DNA from: Basidiobolus meristosporus CBS 931.73
Taxonomy: Eukaryota; Fungi; Basidiobolomycota
DNA length: 44,413 nucleotides
NCBI GenBank assembly: GCA_002104905.1
Contig: MCFE01000695.1
Coordinates: 1 to 44,413 of the forward strand
Reading direction: 5' to 3'
Positions 25,732-37,082 of the stretch are shown here, one piece after another. Numbering within the stretch: the stretch's first letter is position 1; the number at the start of each line of letters is the position of its first letter. The notes below the pieces were generated by a model. That model was not told where the DNA came from and searched no databases. It was given only the letters and a program-made list of their open reading frames with translations. The position numbers and the translations under genes were made by a program.

Positions 25732-25740
25732 GGGTTAGGG
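25732..25740 (+). repeat. GGGTTAGGG telomere-like target/TSD copy 1
   Basis: Directly abuts the 3' end of LINE element A. Confidence 0.85.
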
Positions 25741-26755
25741 GAGGGAAAGTCACCAAGTTGGTGAAATCTTTATTTGAGTCAAGAGCTAATCTAAGTACAA
25801 ATAAAGAAGTCAATTAAGAGGTCTCGAACCTCTCTAGTAAGTAATCTAACTTATGTTTTGTTTCATTTCTAATGTTTGTTTCAATGAAGTAAAGTTCATC
25901 AGGGGTAAATATAAGATTCAAGGGTTTTGGGGGAAGTACACATTGTAGATGTTTCTGATCAATAATATCCAAGACTGGAACCCAGCCTGGGATTAGGTGT
26001 AGTAGGAAAGGTGTGTGGACTTGTAAGTAGCTCTGCCACATAGATCTTAGATGGCCCTGCACCAGTAGTCTTGGTTTCTCAGCTTTTTGAAGTTTTGAAG
26101 CAAGCTCTGTTACTACAGCAGAGCCAACCAGGGTGTGACAGCAAGAAGATCTCAGAGAGGAGTTAGATTCAAGCCATTGTTTGATGGAGGGGTTATGTGA
26201 TTTCTGATGTTTGACTAGGTAGGAAGCATGAAAATAGACCATTTGGGTTATGTATGGGTAGAACCCAAAGGCTCCATTAGTTGCATGGATATAGGGAGAT
26301 ACTGGAAGATAAGGTACCAAGGATCTGATACACTGATGGAGAAATTTATCCAGGTGGTGATGTTCTCTGGAGGTTAGGGGTATAATGTGGAGACCAAATT
26401 CAAGTACTGGCAGTACATACTGCTTTAGAAGTATAGGGATCTTTTGAATTGGAGTTTCTGGAGTGACTACTACTAGAAGCTTTTTAAGGGCCTGTTGGGC
26501 AAGACAGATCCTATTATTCAGGTGGAGCATTGAGTCAATCCCATGTTGACAAAATGGCAGACCTAGATATATGGCTGTTTGTTGTGGCAGAATGCTAGTG
26601 TTCTGTATAGTTGTAGTGCACCCAATTGTGACTGTCTTGGAAATTGAGAGTGAGAGGTTGTTGGCAGCCTAGTACTTATCAATGATGGCAGTGTCTGTTA
26701 TGGGATTAGGAGTAGCAATCTTGATAACATCCACATAGAGAGTTAGTAGTAGATA
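25741..26755 (-). mobile_element. LINE element A: older 5'-truncated relative of the APE-RT LINE (RT C-terminal part + 3' UTR)
   Basis: Frame reads LTLYVDVIKI...IYLGLPF...HLNNRICLAQQAL...KQYVLPVLEFGL, homologous to the ORF2 C-terminus of the other copies. One in-frame stop near 26670. It has the shared 3' terminal signal. Confidence 0.88.
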
Positions 26756-26764
26756 GGGTTAGGG
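26756..26764 (+). repeat. GGGTTAGGG telomere-like target/TSD copy 2
   Basis: Lies exactly between the truncated 5' end of element A and the 3' end of LINE copy 1. Confidence 0.85.
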
Positions 26765-26822
26765 GGGGAGACAGTCATCAACAGGTGAAATCTTTATTTC
26801 AGCGGAAACAAAGAAGCCAGCA

Positions 26823-29189
26823 CTACTGTTGTAGCTTTGATACAAGAGTGTGTAGCTGAGGGGAATTTGTAGGTAAGTTAATAAGAAGTGATGATAGTTC
26901 TTCAGTGCTCAAGACACTGTTCAGTGGGAAGGGGGGTAGCAAGAGAGGTAAGAATGACTTGTGAACAACATTAATGAGGGGAATATGATAAGGATTGATA
27001 TTCATCATAAAGGGAGTGTGCTGCTGCAGATATTGCTGCCAAAGGTTGGTCAAGTACTTCAGGTAGGCCAGCTTGGGTTTTTCTGACTGCAGAATGTAGT
27101 GAGCAAACTTCTTGACTTCAGGATCTCCAAGTATAGTTCTCCAGCAGGAGCCAGGTGTAGTGCGGTGTGTTCTCTTCCAGGCCTTAATCAGTGGGTTGTT
27201 GCAGTGGTGAAGTCTGAGATATAATCTGGTTCTAAGGTAGAGAAGTCTGATCTTATAGGGCATAAACCCAAAAGCACCAAGAATAGCATGTCTGTAGGGG
27301 CATTCAGGCAAATGAGGCACCAAGGAGGTAATGCACCATACTGCAAACTTGTCAAGCTTAGTGCAGTCTCTAGAAGTAAGAGAGAGAAGTGGTAAGCCAT
27401 ATTCCAGGACAGGGAAGACAAACTGCTTGAGTAGAAGGAGGCAGCTGGGAGCTGAAGTTGTAGGAGGAGTAACAGCCAGTAGCTTGTGGAGTGCCTGTCT
27501 TGCCAGGATAATTCTCTTCTTCAGGTGTGCTCCAGAGTCTAGTCCAGTAGGAAGGAAAGGAAAGCCAAGATATGTAGCAGAAACCTGAGCAGGTAGAGTG
27601 GAGTTCTCCAAGTTGATGGGAGAGCCCAAAGGTGCTGTCTTTGCAATGGAAAGCTGGAGATTATTCTTCTGCAGATACTGGTGGATGGTCTGGGAGTCTT
27701 GTTGCACATTGGAGGAGGATATTCTGATGTCATCAGCAAAGAGAGTAACCAGGCAGTCAGCTGACAGTCTTGGGAAATCATTCAGGAGGATGGCAAACAG
27801 TATAGGACCAAGCACAGAGCCTTGAACCACTCCATTAGGAACTGAGAACACAGCTGATTGCTCACTTGGGTGCAGAATTCTTGCTTGTGGATCCAGAAAC
27901 AGAGACCTGACAAGGAGGGTGAGAGAGGTACTGGAGAAGCATTGCAACTTGGACCAAAGCAGATTTCTGTCAACTGAATCAAAGGCCGTGGTAATATTAA
28001 ACAGAACAGAGGGATACTTGCACTGGAGAGAGTGATCTTGGCTAAGTATGACTGCATATTCCAAGGAGAGGCCAGGAACAAAACCAAACTGTGCAGGATG
28101 AAACTTGAGGGAGTCAGAGTAGAGCTCCTGAGCAAGCAGAAGCTCAAACACCTTTCTGCAGGTGGGCAGCAGAGATATTGGCCTGTAGGAGCTAGGATCC
28201 AGGTGCTTTCCTTTACCCTTGTACAGTGGCAGAACATTTGCAAAAGACCATTCCTCAGGAGTAAAAAGCTGGGCTGAGCATTGCTGAAACAGTGGAAGCA
28301 GAAGTGCAGACATGGCCTTGGTACTAGTCTTCAGAAGCTCATAGGAGATTGTGTCCACACCTGGAGCAGTAGAGTTGGGAAGCCTCTTGAGCACATTATG
28401 GATTCTCCCTTGATCAAGTGCAAGTGGGATGGGCAGAGTCTTGAAGCCAGGATGAAAGCCAGGAGTTGAGTACTGCTTTGTAGAGAAGAAGACGTTAGCC
28501 AGCTGTTCTGTTGAAGGTAACTTCCTGGAAGAGGGCCTCATTGCCCTGTAGAGTCTTGATACTGTTCTTGTTATAGAGTTGGAAGATTGCAGAGGCAAAG
28601 AACTCATAATATGATCCCAGAGCTGAGTATGCAGAGTGTGGTGAATTGCCTTGGAGTGGTGTATTGCTGTCAGGAGGAGTTTCTCTGTTTTTGGGTTAGG
28701 GAAACTCAGGTAGCTTTGTTGCAGGGCTGAAACAATGGATTCCCATTTTCTTGAGGTAACAGCAGTAGTCTTGCATGGCAGTGAGAGGGAGGCAGACACC
28801 AGAATCAGATGCTTCACAAAGAGCCAGGCATAGTTGAGATCATCTGGCAGAGAAAGTAGCAAACTGGCAAGCTTCAAGTAGTTCCCAAAGTCTTTCTTCT
28901 GATTCTTGGTAGCTTTGTGGGTGAGCACAGTAAGTTTTGGCAGCTTCTTCTTCACAACTGGTTGCATAGAAAGGGACCAGGCTGGGTGGTCAGAGGCTCA
29001 CAAGGATCCTAGCTCAGCTCCAGAGAATTGCTTAACTTCATTCACAAAGTAGAGGGCAGCAGCAGAAGGACAGATCCAGTCAACACATCTTTTCTCAGAT
29101 TGAGCACCTAGTGCTAGCAGGTGGCTTTCTCTCAGGAAGTTCAGTAGGAATGTAGACCTTGGCTTCATTCTTGCAGTCAGAGTAGTCTA
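26823..29189 (-). pseudogene. ORF2 of LINE copy 1, downstream part (end of APE + reverse transcriptase), open frame
   Basis: VDWI, SDH, APGVDTISYELL, YRPISLL, QFGF, AFDSVDR, GVVQGSVLGPILF, LFADD. The N-terminal APE part lies at 33882-34283. Confidence 0.93.
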
Positions 29190-29194
29190 GTTCT

Positions 29195-29543
29195 TGTTGT
29201 AAGAGTCTTGGAGATATTGGAAGTGATTGGGAGAACAAGTAGATTATGTGGTTTTCACTTAATGATTTATTGATTGTAGAAGTAGTATTTATACTTTTAC
29301 CTAGTCTTGGCATAACAAACACGTAGAATAGGTTAAGGAAGGTCCCAAGAACATGTGTGCAAAGTTTGGGGCTGTTTGGACAACTTTGAGAATTTTCATG
29401 TTCTGGGTACCTGGTATTTTGGTGAAAATATTCTAAGTAAATCCCAACAAGGAATTTGGTCAGTATTCTCTAGGATTTGAAGGTAATGATCTAAGTGACT
29501 AAGTTAGGTGAATATTTAGGTGGAAATACAAATTTTTACAACA
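29195..29543 (-). repeat. Copia 3' LTR
   Basis: TGTTGTAA...TTACAACA ends, preceded on the - strand by the polypurine tract GAGTGGGAG (29544-29552). Confidence 0.97.
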
Positions 29544-29554
29544 CTCCCACTCAG

Positions 29555-32500
29555 CTAAATGTTCATACTGACTAGTCCTAATTTTGACCTAAGATATTCA
29601 AACTTGTCTCTAGCTAATGGTTTGGTAAATATGTCTGCAATCATTTCATCTGTAGGACAGTAAACTAAGCTAACTAAGTTATTCTCTATAGCTTCACGTA
29701 TGAAATGATGTCTAATATCTATGTGCTTGGTTCTAGCATGAAAAGTTGGATTTCTACCTAATTGTATACATCCTTGATTATCTTGAAATAAAGTAATAGG
29801 CGTTTTTTGACATAGGCCTAAATCTGTAAAGAGCTTTCTTAACCACATTGCTTCTTTTGTAGCTTCACAGGCTGCCATATACTCTGCCTCTGTAGTAGAA
29901 AGTGCTACGGTTGGTTGCTTTCTTGAATCCATGAAATTGCTCCTTTACAGTAAAGAAAGGTGTATCCTGTGGTGGATCTTCTGTCTTCTAAATTTCGTCC
30001 CCAAGCAGCATCAGAGTATCCCACAAGATCCTGTTCTGAATCCTTATAAGTGTATCTTAAGCAGATATCAGCAGTTCCTTTTAGGTATCTAAAAATCCGC
30101 TTAACTGCTGCAATATGATCAGATCCATAATTCTGATTATGTTGGCTGACAACTCCCACTGAATATGAGATATCTGGACGTGTTCCAAGCATGATATACA
30201 TCAGACTGCCGACCATAGATTGATAAGGAAAGTCAGGGCTTTCAGATGGCACCAAGCTCTCTTGATTTGGTTGAGTTTTGACCAAGTTAAGGTTTGTCTC
30301 CATTGGGGTAGCTGCCGGTTTACAGTCTTCCATTTTGTACTTCTTTAGTATATCTTGAATATACTTGGATTGGCTTAGGGTAATAGTCTGGGTACTTCTG
30401 TCTATGGAGAACTTAATCCCTAAGTAGTAACTGAGTTCTCCTAGATTGGACATCTTGAACTCCTTAGATAGGCTGGATTTAGTCTCTTCCAATGTTTCTA
30501 GGTTATTGGCGGCTATAATAAGATCATCCACATATAGAGCTAATAGAACTGGATTTGCTCTATCTGGCTTATAGTATATACTATAGTCAGCATTACTCCT
30601 TTTGAAACTCAAAGATTCCAAATAAGAATCTATCTTGCAATTCCAGGCTCTTGGTGATTGTTTGAGACCATATAGTGACTTTTTAAGCTTGCAGACCAAA
30701 TGGGGGTTATCTTGGTCAACAAACCCATCAGGCTGGTCCATATACACGTCCTCATCAAGTTCTCCATTCAAAAATGCAGTTTTTACATCCATTTGATGAA
30801 TAAAAAACTTATATTTGGCTGCAATAGCCAATATTAATCTGATGGAATTAAACTTGGCTACCGGTGCAAAGGTCTCAGTATAGTGCAAGTCCTTTTGTTT
30901 GAGAGTATCCTTTGGCTACAAGTCTTGCTTTGTATCTTTCAATTGTACCATCAGCCTTGTACTTTTGTCTTGAAGACCCATCTGCATCCAATTGATTTTC
31001 GGTTGATTGGTAATTTGACTAAGTCCCAAGTTTGATTTTCCATCAGGGCCTGATATTCCTCAGTCATTGCAGATCTCCAAAACTTTGTCTGAGGGCTATT
31101 TAGGGCCTCTTTTACAGTCTGGGGTTCATCAATATGGACTGAATAGGCATAGGCTAAGTTTGTACCCTCATTGATATAGTAATTTGGGCTATTTCTTGTC
31201 CGAATTGGATCTCCGGGCATTTGATACTGGAATGATCACTTCTGGGATATTCCTGGGCACTGATTCTGGCTGAACCACGGTTGTAGAGTCCTCTGGAGTG
31301 AAAAAATTTTCATTGTTTTGCTCTGATTCAATCCTGACAATTGGTGGACTTGAGATCAAATTTTCGTCATCATCTGATGTCATTTTTTGTGAAAATTTTG
31401 AATTTTCATCAAACAACACATCCCTGGACTTGATCAGCTTCTTTGCTTTGGTATTGTAGAGTCTGTATGCCTTACTCTCATTGCAGTAGCCCAAAAATAT
31501 GCATTTTACACTTTTTGGCTCAAATTTTGACTGATTTCCGGCCAGTTTTTTGGCATATGCTGTACACCCAAATATTCTTAGATGTTCTGCACTTGGTCTG
31601 TATCCATACCATGCTTCAAATGGAGTAGAATCACAAAGTATTCTGTTATAACTCCTATTTTTAAGATATACAGCAGTGGCAACTGATTCCGCCCAAAAAT
31701 CATAGGATAATTTTTGATCATGGATCATAGATCTTGCCATATCAATTATTGATCTGTTAGCTTGTTCTGCTACTCCATTTTGCTGTGGGGAGTATGGTAC
31801 AGTAGTCTCTTGCTTTATCCCATGAATTTTGCAGAAGTGGATGAAGAGTTTTGAGGTATATTCTCCACCATTGTCAGAGCGTATTTTCTTGATTTTTTCA
31901 CCAGTTTCTCTCTCCACCATGGCTTTAAACTCCCTGAACTTAGACAGAGCTTCTTCCTTTCTCTCCATGAAGTAGACCCATGTGTATCTTGTATAATCAT
32001 CAATAAAAGTGATTAAATACTTCATCCCGCCTAAGGATAAATTTTGCATAGGTCCACACAGATCTGAGTGAATTAGATCTAATTTTTTCTTAGTTTTGAT
32101 TAACCCAGAGCTCTTGAACGGTTGTCTGGCTTGTTTCCCATATATGCAGGCTTCACAGTGCTCCAAATTAGCTGGGGGATCAATTTTCACTCCAGAAATT
32201 AGCTGATCTTTGATCATTTTACGCAAATAATCAAAATTGATGTGTCCAAATCTCCTGTGCCAAAGCATTGGTGTTTCTTCATTTAAGTTACTTATATTGG
32301 CTTCCAGATATGATGGAATATAAGTCAACTTGTATAGATTCTGATCTCTGATGCCCAAAGCAATATGAGCACCATTTTGATCAGTGATCCTGCATCCAGA
32401 ATTGTCAAAACTGAAACTGAGTCCTTCTGCTGTGGCCTTGCTTACAGAGAGTAGGTTCTTGGCTATTTCTGGTACATAGAGTACTTCTTTAAAGGTCAGT

Positions 32501-33528
32501 GTATGGCTTCCTTCACTGCTTCTAAGGTTTACTTGGATAGTTCCTTCTCCCACTGCATCAAGTGTTCTATTGTCACCCATGAAAACCTTCTTAATTGGAA
32601 TTTCTTGATATTGGGTAAAAAGTTCTTTTTGGTGTGTAAAGTGTTGAGAAGCTCCAGAGTCAATATACCACGTCTGAGAATCCTTGTTTGTGGTCATATT
32701 TAGTGCAGATATGAATAGTCTATCTTCAGTTGTTGCAGCATTTCCATATTCAGGCTTCTTTTGCTGATAATCTCTCTTTTTGAGACACCGGTCTGATGTG
32801 TGTCCTTTCCTTTTGCAGTAGTTGCAAAATAGGTTGCTGTTGCCTTTGTAGGGTCTTGGGTACCTCCTTTGTTGGTTATCATTGCTTATTAAAGCATTTT
32901 CTTCTTCCTTCTTATTGGCGCTTGATTTTCTTAATTCTTCATCCAGGAGCCTTCCATATACGTAATTTAAGGTCAAATCTTCAGTTCTGGACTCTAGGGC
33001 TGATACAAGGCCCTGAAACTCGTCTGTCAGGCTATTCAGGATGGTAACTATCACATCCTCATCAGTAGTTGGTACGCCCACAGATTCCATCTCATCTACC
33101 AGCAGGGTAATTCTGTTAATTAGATTTTTCATTTCTTCTCCTGGCAGCATCTTTGTAGTAAAGAATTTTCTTCTCAGATACATTTTCTTGGCAGCTGAAC
33201 ATGACTGGTAGGTGTCTTCTAATGCCTTCCAGGCATTCTTTGCCGTTTTTGCTCTTGAGCATTGAATTAGCAATTTGTCCTTGACATTAAGGCAAATGCA
33301 GTTAAAGGCACTTTGTTCTTTCTTCTGGTACTTCAAGGCTTCCTCTCCCACGTTTTTAGGAGGGCATTCTTCTCCCATGACAATATCCCAAAGGCCTCTT
33401 TCTTGTAGCAGCATCTTCATCTTCACCTTCCACACTTGGTAGTTAGATCCATCCAACTTTTCAGCAGAGGGAAAAATTCCAGTAATAGCAGTAGTAGACA
33501 TTGCAGAGAGTGACAGCTTGGGGCTCAT
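29555..33528 (-). pseudogene. Copia gag-pol polyprotein with four single-base frameshifts
   Basis: KLDGSNYQVWK (gag), CNYCKRKGHTSDRC (zinc knuckle), WYIDSGASQH (protease), LWHRRFGH, HSDLCGP/SDNGGEY/QQNGVAE (integrase), QMDVKTAFLNG/LYVDDL (RT), SDAAW/TEAEY/ADIFTK (RNase H). Shifts near 31205, 30965, 30885 and 29930. Confidence 0.95.
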
Positions 33529-33532
33529 AACC
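33521..33532 (-). other. Primer-binding site GGTTATGAGCCC (initiator tRNA-Met anticodon-arm type)
   Basis: Immediately follows the CA end of the 5' LTR. Complementary to GGGCUCAUAACC of tRNAiMet, as in Ty5 and Drosophila copia. Confidence 0.88.
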
Positions 33533-33881
33533 TGTTGTAAGAGTCTTGGAGATATTGGAAGTGATTGGGAGAACAAGTAGATTATGTGGTTTTCACTTAA
33601 TGATTTATTGATTGTAGAAGTAGTATTTATACTTTTACCTAGTCTTGGCATAACAAACACGTAAAATAGGTTAAGGAAGGTCCCAAGAACATGTGTGCAA
33701 AGTTTGGGGCTGTTTGGACAACTTTGAGAATTTTCATGTTCTGGGTACCTGGTATTTTGGTGAAAATATTCTAAGTAAATCCCGACAAGGAATTTGGTCA
33801 GTATTCTCTAGGATTTGAAGGTAATGATCTAAGTGACTAAGTTAGGTGAATATTTAGGTGGAAATACAAATTTTTACAACA
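33533..33881 (-). repeat. Copia 5' LTR
   Basis: 349 bp, differing from the other LTR at two positions (33664 and 33784). Confidence 0.97.
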
Positions 33882-34393
33882 GTTCTCAGGATGGGGAATG
33901 TTGAGATCTCCAAGCAAGATAACAGGTGTTGATATAGATTGTTGGTATTGCTGAACCTTCTGGCATATAACTTGCACTTCCTGAAGGGCAAGACTTGGAG
34001 GCAGATAGCAGAGCACCAGACTGATAGTTGGCAACTGGAGAGCAGCACAGTAAGGGGAGTAAAGAGGAACACAGAGCTGAGGAGTATTGATGGTAGAAGA
34101 GATGAAGCAGATAGAGGAGGTATTCTTTGTTCTAGGAGTAGAAAAGCAATATAGATTAGTCAAAAGTATAGAGGGTAGCTGGACATCAATCAAGCACAGG
34201 AGGGAAAATCTTGAAAGAAGTCTCTCTAGAGTTGGTCTTGATGGCTGTATGCTGTTGCTGTTAAGCAACAGAACTTCAGGTAGTCAGACAGAGGTTGTAG
34301 CTTCTTCAGAGGCAGCATTGATAATGTGACCTGCAGAGTCCCAGAGCTCTTCAAATGGTGCATCACCTAAGTCAGCAAGGAGGGAAATGGCAT

Positions 34394-34402
34394 GGGTTAG
34401 GG
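34394..34402 (+). repeat. GGGTTAGGG telomere-like target/TSD copy 3
   Basis: At the truncated 5' junction of LINE copy 1, with 2-nt GG microhomology. Confidence 0.85.
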
Positions 34403-34440
34403 TGTAGGTGTTATAGTAAGGGCTAGGAAAAGGTTAGAAG

Positions 34441-34512
34441 AGCAGGGGGTCTGGGGGATGCAGTCTCCTAGAGAATAAAAAAGCAGGGGGTTTGGGGGAT
34501 GCAATCCCCCAT
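34441..34512. repeat. Two direct copies of a GC-rich hairpin motif
   Basis: AGCAGGGGGTCTGGGGGATGCAGTCTCCTAG and AGCAGGGGGTTTGGGGGATGCAATCCCCCAT, 41 bp apart. The second contains TGGGGGAT-GCA-ATCCCCCA. Confidence 0.8.
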
Positions 34513-35042
34513 ACTGCTCCCAAACTCTTTAAATTCACTTTGGATTACTTTTCTCTCATTCTTGGTTCTGGTCCCTTAGGGTTACAAATCCTCCTCCTAA
34601 CCCTTATCACCCTAACCATAAATATTTTTACCCTACAATTGGCACATTGTGTGCCCATATAGTGGGCATGTCTGGGCCAATATTTGTCTCCCTATACTGT
34701 CTATATGCTCCGTATAATTCTTGATGAACATTTAATTGATAAACTGTTACTTTTAATGTATAACTAATAATTAATGGGAATCATCCCAAACTGGCCACAA
34801 TCCCATATTTTGATAAGCTTTGGGCACCATAAATTGCGCGTCCCTAATATGATAAAAAATTCATGGCCAATACAAATTTTCTGTAACCCAATTGCTTTTA
34901 CCCAATATAAAGTGTATCCCAAAGTTCAATATTTATTATGGCTATAATAGAAACTTTATTTGACACCATTGCAACTACTACTTGTGTTCTATGCGCACAT
35001 GTATCCTGCAGGAATTGTCAAACTTAACCACATGGTACAAAA

Positions 35043-35500
35043 GTGCTTTTATTGTTCATCATGATAGTTTTACATGAGTTCCTAATGCACTTTGAAAGTA
35101 CGCAGTAGCCATACCCCAACAGGTTTTAGGATGTCCACTTGCTTTGTCTACTTGTGTCTAGCGGGAGCTATCAATCATCAGCCACGCAATACTGAAATGC
35201 TTTTATTTTTCATCATGCTAGTTTTGTATGAATTCCTAATACACTTTCATAGTGCGCAGTAACCATACCCCAACAGGTTTTAAGGATACCCACTTGCTAC
35301 GTTTACTTGTGTCTAGCAGGAGTCAATAATCATCAGCTGCGTGGTAATAAAGTGCTTTTATTTTTCATCACAATAGTTTTGCATGAGTCCCTGACGCACT
35401 TTTATAGTGCGCAGTAACCATACCCCCAGAAAGTAGTGTAGATGCTTACTTTAAACGCTCACTTGTGTATTGTACGGACTATCAACAAACAGCCGTGTGG
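35043..35500. repeat. Tandem repeat, about 3 units of 154-155 bp
   Basis: Units start TGCTTTTATT at 35044, 35198 and 35353 and share GCAGTA(G/A)CCATACCCC and ACTTGTGT. Confidence 0.9.
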
Positions 35501-35622
35501 GAATGGAACATCATAGAAAAGCATTGCTTTATTGTTAGCAAGTATTGATGCGCAAATAGTGGTACTATGTGAATTATTGAGTAACTATTTACTCTAGTTG
35601 GTTCCAAGATATTCCTAGACAA

Positions 35623-36357
35623 TAGACTTGTTCCTTTGGATAGTGCCACATTGAGCCATGAGTGCCAAATGATGCCATAGTGTGCCAGGGAGGCCAAATA
35701 AACATATACTTGGCCACAAAGTGTGAAACATATATCTGAATCTTCATGCAAATCAGCCCCTCTGTATCACCCATAGTGTTGGAGAAAATCCATTTTTTGA
35801 CCTTTTTTTTTAGGTAAATGTTGTGCGGGATGTGTAAGTGCACAAAAGGATTGAAGACATGCATCAGGTACTCAATACCCATGGCACTCTGAATCTAGCT
35901 CCTGTGGCTTGTAACATGTCACAAAAATGCATGGCACTATCTTGGTCCACTGGTACTATCTGGCACTATATTTAATTATTAGCCCTAAAGTAAGATCTAT
36001 ACAAAGCACTTATAGTGCTAGATAATACCAGTGGACTAAGATAGTGCCATGCATTTTTGTGACATGTTACAAGCCACAGGAGTTAGATTCAGAGTGCCAT
36101 GGGTATTAAGTACCTGATGCATGTCTTCAGTTCTTCTGTGCTCTTACACATCCTGCACAGCATTGACTTAAAAAAAAGGTCAAAAAATGGATTTTCTCCT
36201 GCATCATAGGTGAAACACAGGGGCTGCTTTGCATGAAGATGCATACCTATGTTTCACACTCTGTGGCCTAGTACAGGTTCATTTGGCCTTCCTGGCACAC
36301 TACATTATCATTTGGCACTCATGGCTCAATGTGGCACTATCCAACGGAACAAGTCTA
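35623..36357. repeat. Long inverted repeat (foldback): arms 35623-35970 and 36011-36357, 40-bp spacer
   Basis: The arms are reverse complements along their whole length, for example GTAACATGTCACAAAAATGCATGGCACTATCTT versus AAGATAGTGCCATGCATTTTTGTGACATGTTAC. Confidence 0.95.
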
Positions 36358-36620
36358 ATATGCTCAAAATCAGTATTAGCATCAATAGCTTGCTCTTTGA
36401 TCACTAAACCACCGCACCCAATATGAGGTGGCCTTGATTTGTCTAGCCGTCAAGGAATGAAACCAGAGTACAGTCACAAGCAAGGCAAAAGTGAAATGTG
36501 ATGAAGTAAGTGTATATGAAAGTAATATAAATCTACAGGACAGAAGAGAACAACTAGTAGTTAAGCAGCACTCACTGATACTCCACCAAGTAGAGCACCA
36601 ACACGGACAATAAACAAGCC

Positions 36621-37082
36621 ATGAGGGGAAAGCTTAAGGACCGCTAATCAGGGATCAAGACCAAAAGAGGAAGCTGCCTCTACCATAGCAGTCCTTGTGC
36701 TCCAAAGGAAGACCAAGAGTCTACTATAGACAAAGATTGCGGCAGGAAGATCAGTACAATTACCAGTTCTGGTAGTGGTACCTTTGGAAGTCCCAAATAC
36801 CCGGAGAAAACCTCAAAAAAATTGGCAGATGACTCAGTTGTCCTGAGGAGAAAATAAACCAATGCAATTGAGCAGTTTGGAGACAAACTTCAGCTTAGTT
36901 CTTCTTTGCCTCACTATAAAGTACTCCAAGTGGCTTATTTGGATTTTAAGCGTATGAAGGAGAATCAGGCAGAGACTGATAAATTAAGTGATAGTCAATT
37001 GCATCACTTCTTAGATCAGGTAGAGAAACAGTTGCACAGCCAAGAGATGGAACAAGAATTGACAGTTACAGAAGCTAAATAA
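36621..37082 (+). pseudogene. Decayed ORF of unknown origin (154 codons, two internal TAA)
   Basis: Single frame from ATG to TAA with only two internal stops and a helical, charged C-terminal half. No family recognised. Confidence 0.3.

Larger units (their letters stand above)
29195..33881 (-). mobile_element. Full-length Ty1/copia LTR retrotransposon with 5-bp TSD GTTCT
   Basis: Two 349-bp LTRs with 2 mismatches. GTTCT at 29190-29194 and 33882-33886, with a single GTTCT at the empty site in LINE copy 2 (42560-42564). Domain order gag-PR-IN-RT-RH. Confidence 0.98.
26765..34395 (-). mobile_element. LINE copy 1 (APE-RT non-LTR retrotransposon), 5'-truncated in the end of ORF1 and interrupted by the copia element
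   Basis: Near-identical to 40139-43075 once 29195-33881 and one GTTCT are removed. Similarity stops at 34395 (CATGG|GTTAGGG versus CATGG|TTCTTG in copy 2). Confidence 0.96.

Noticed and set aside
29095-29322. ORF starting MFVMPRLGKS, also the apparent N-terminus of the 823-aa ORF at 33660
   Set aside because: Non-ATG start inside the LTR, an artefact of the duplicated LTR sequence.
35043-35500. Regularly spaced repeats considered as a CRISPR array
   Set aside because: The whole 155-bp unit is repeated with no unique spacers. Eukaryotic context and no cas genes.
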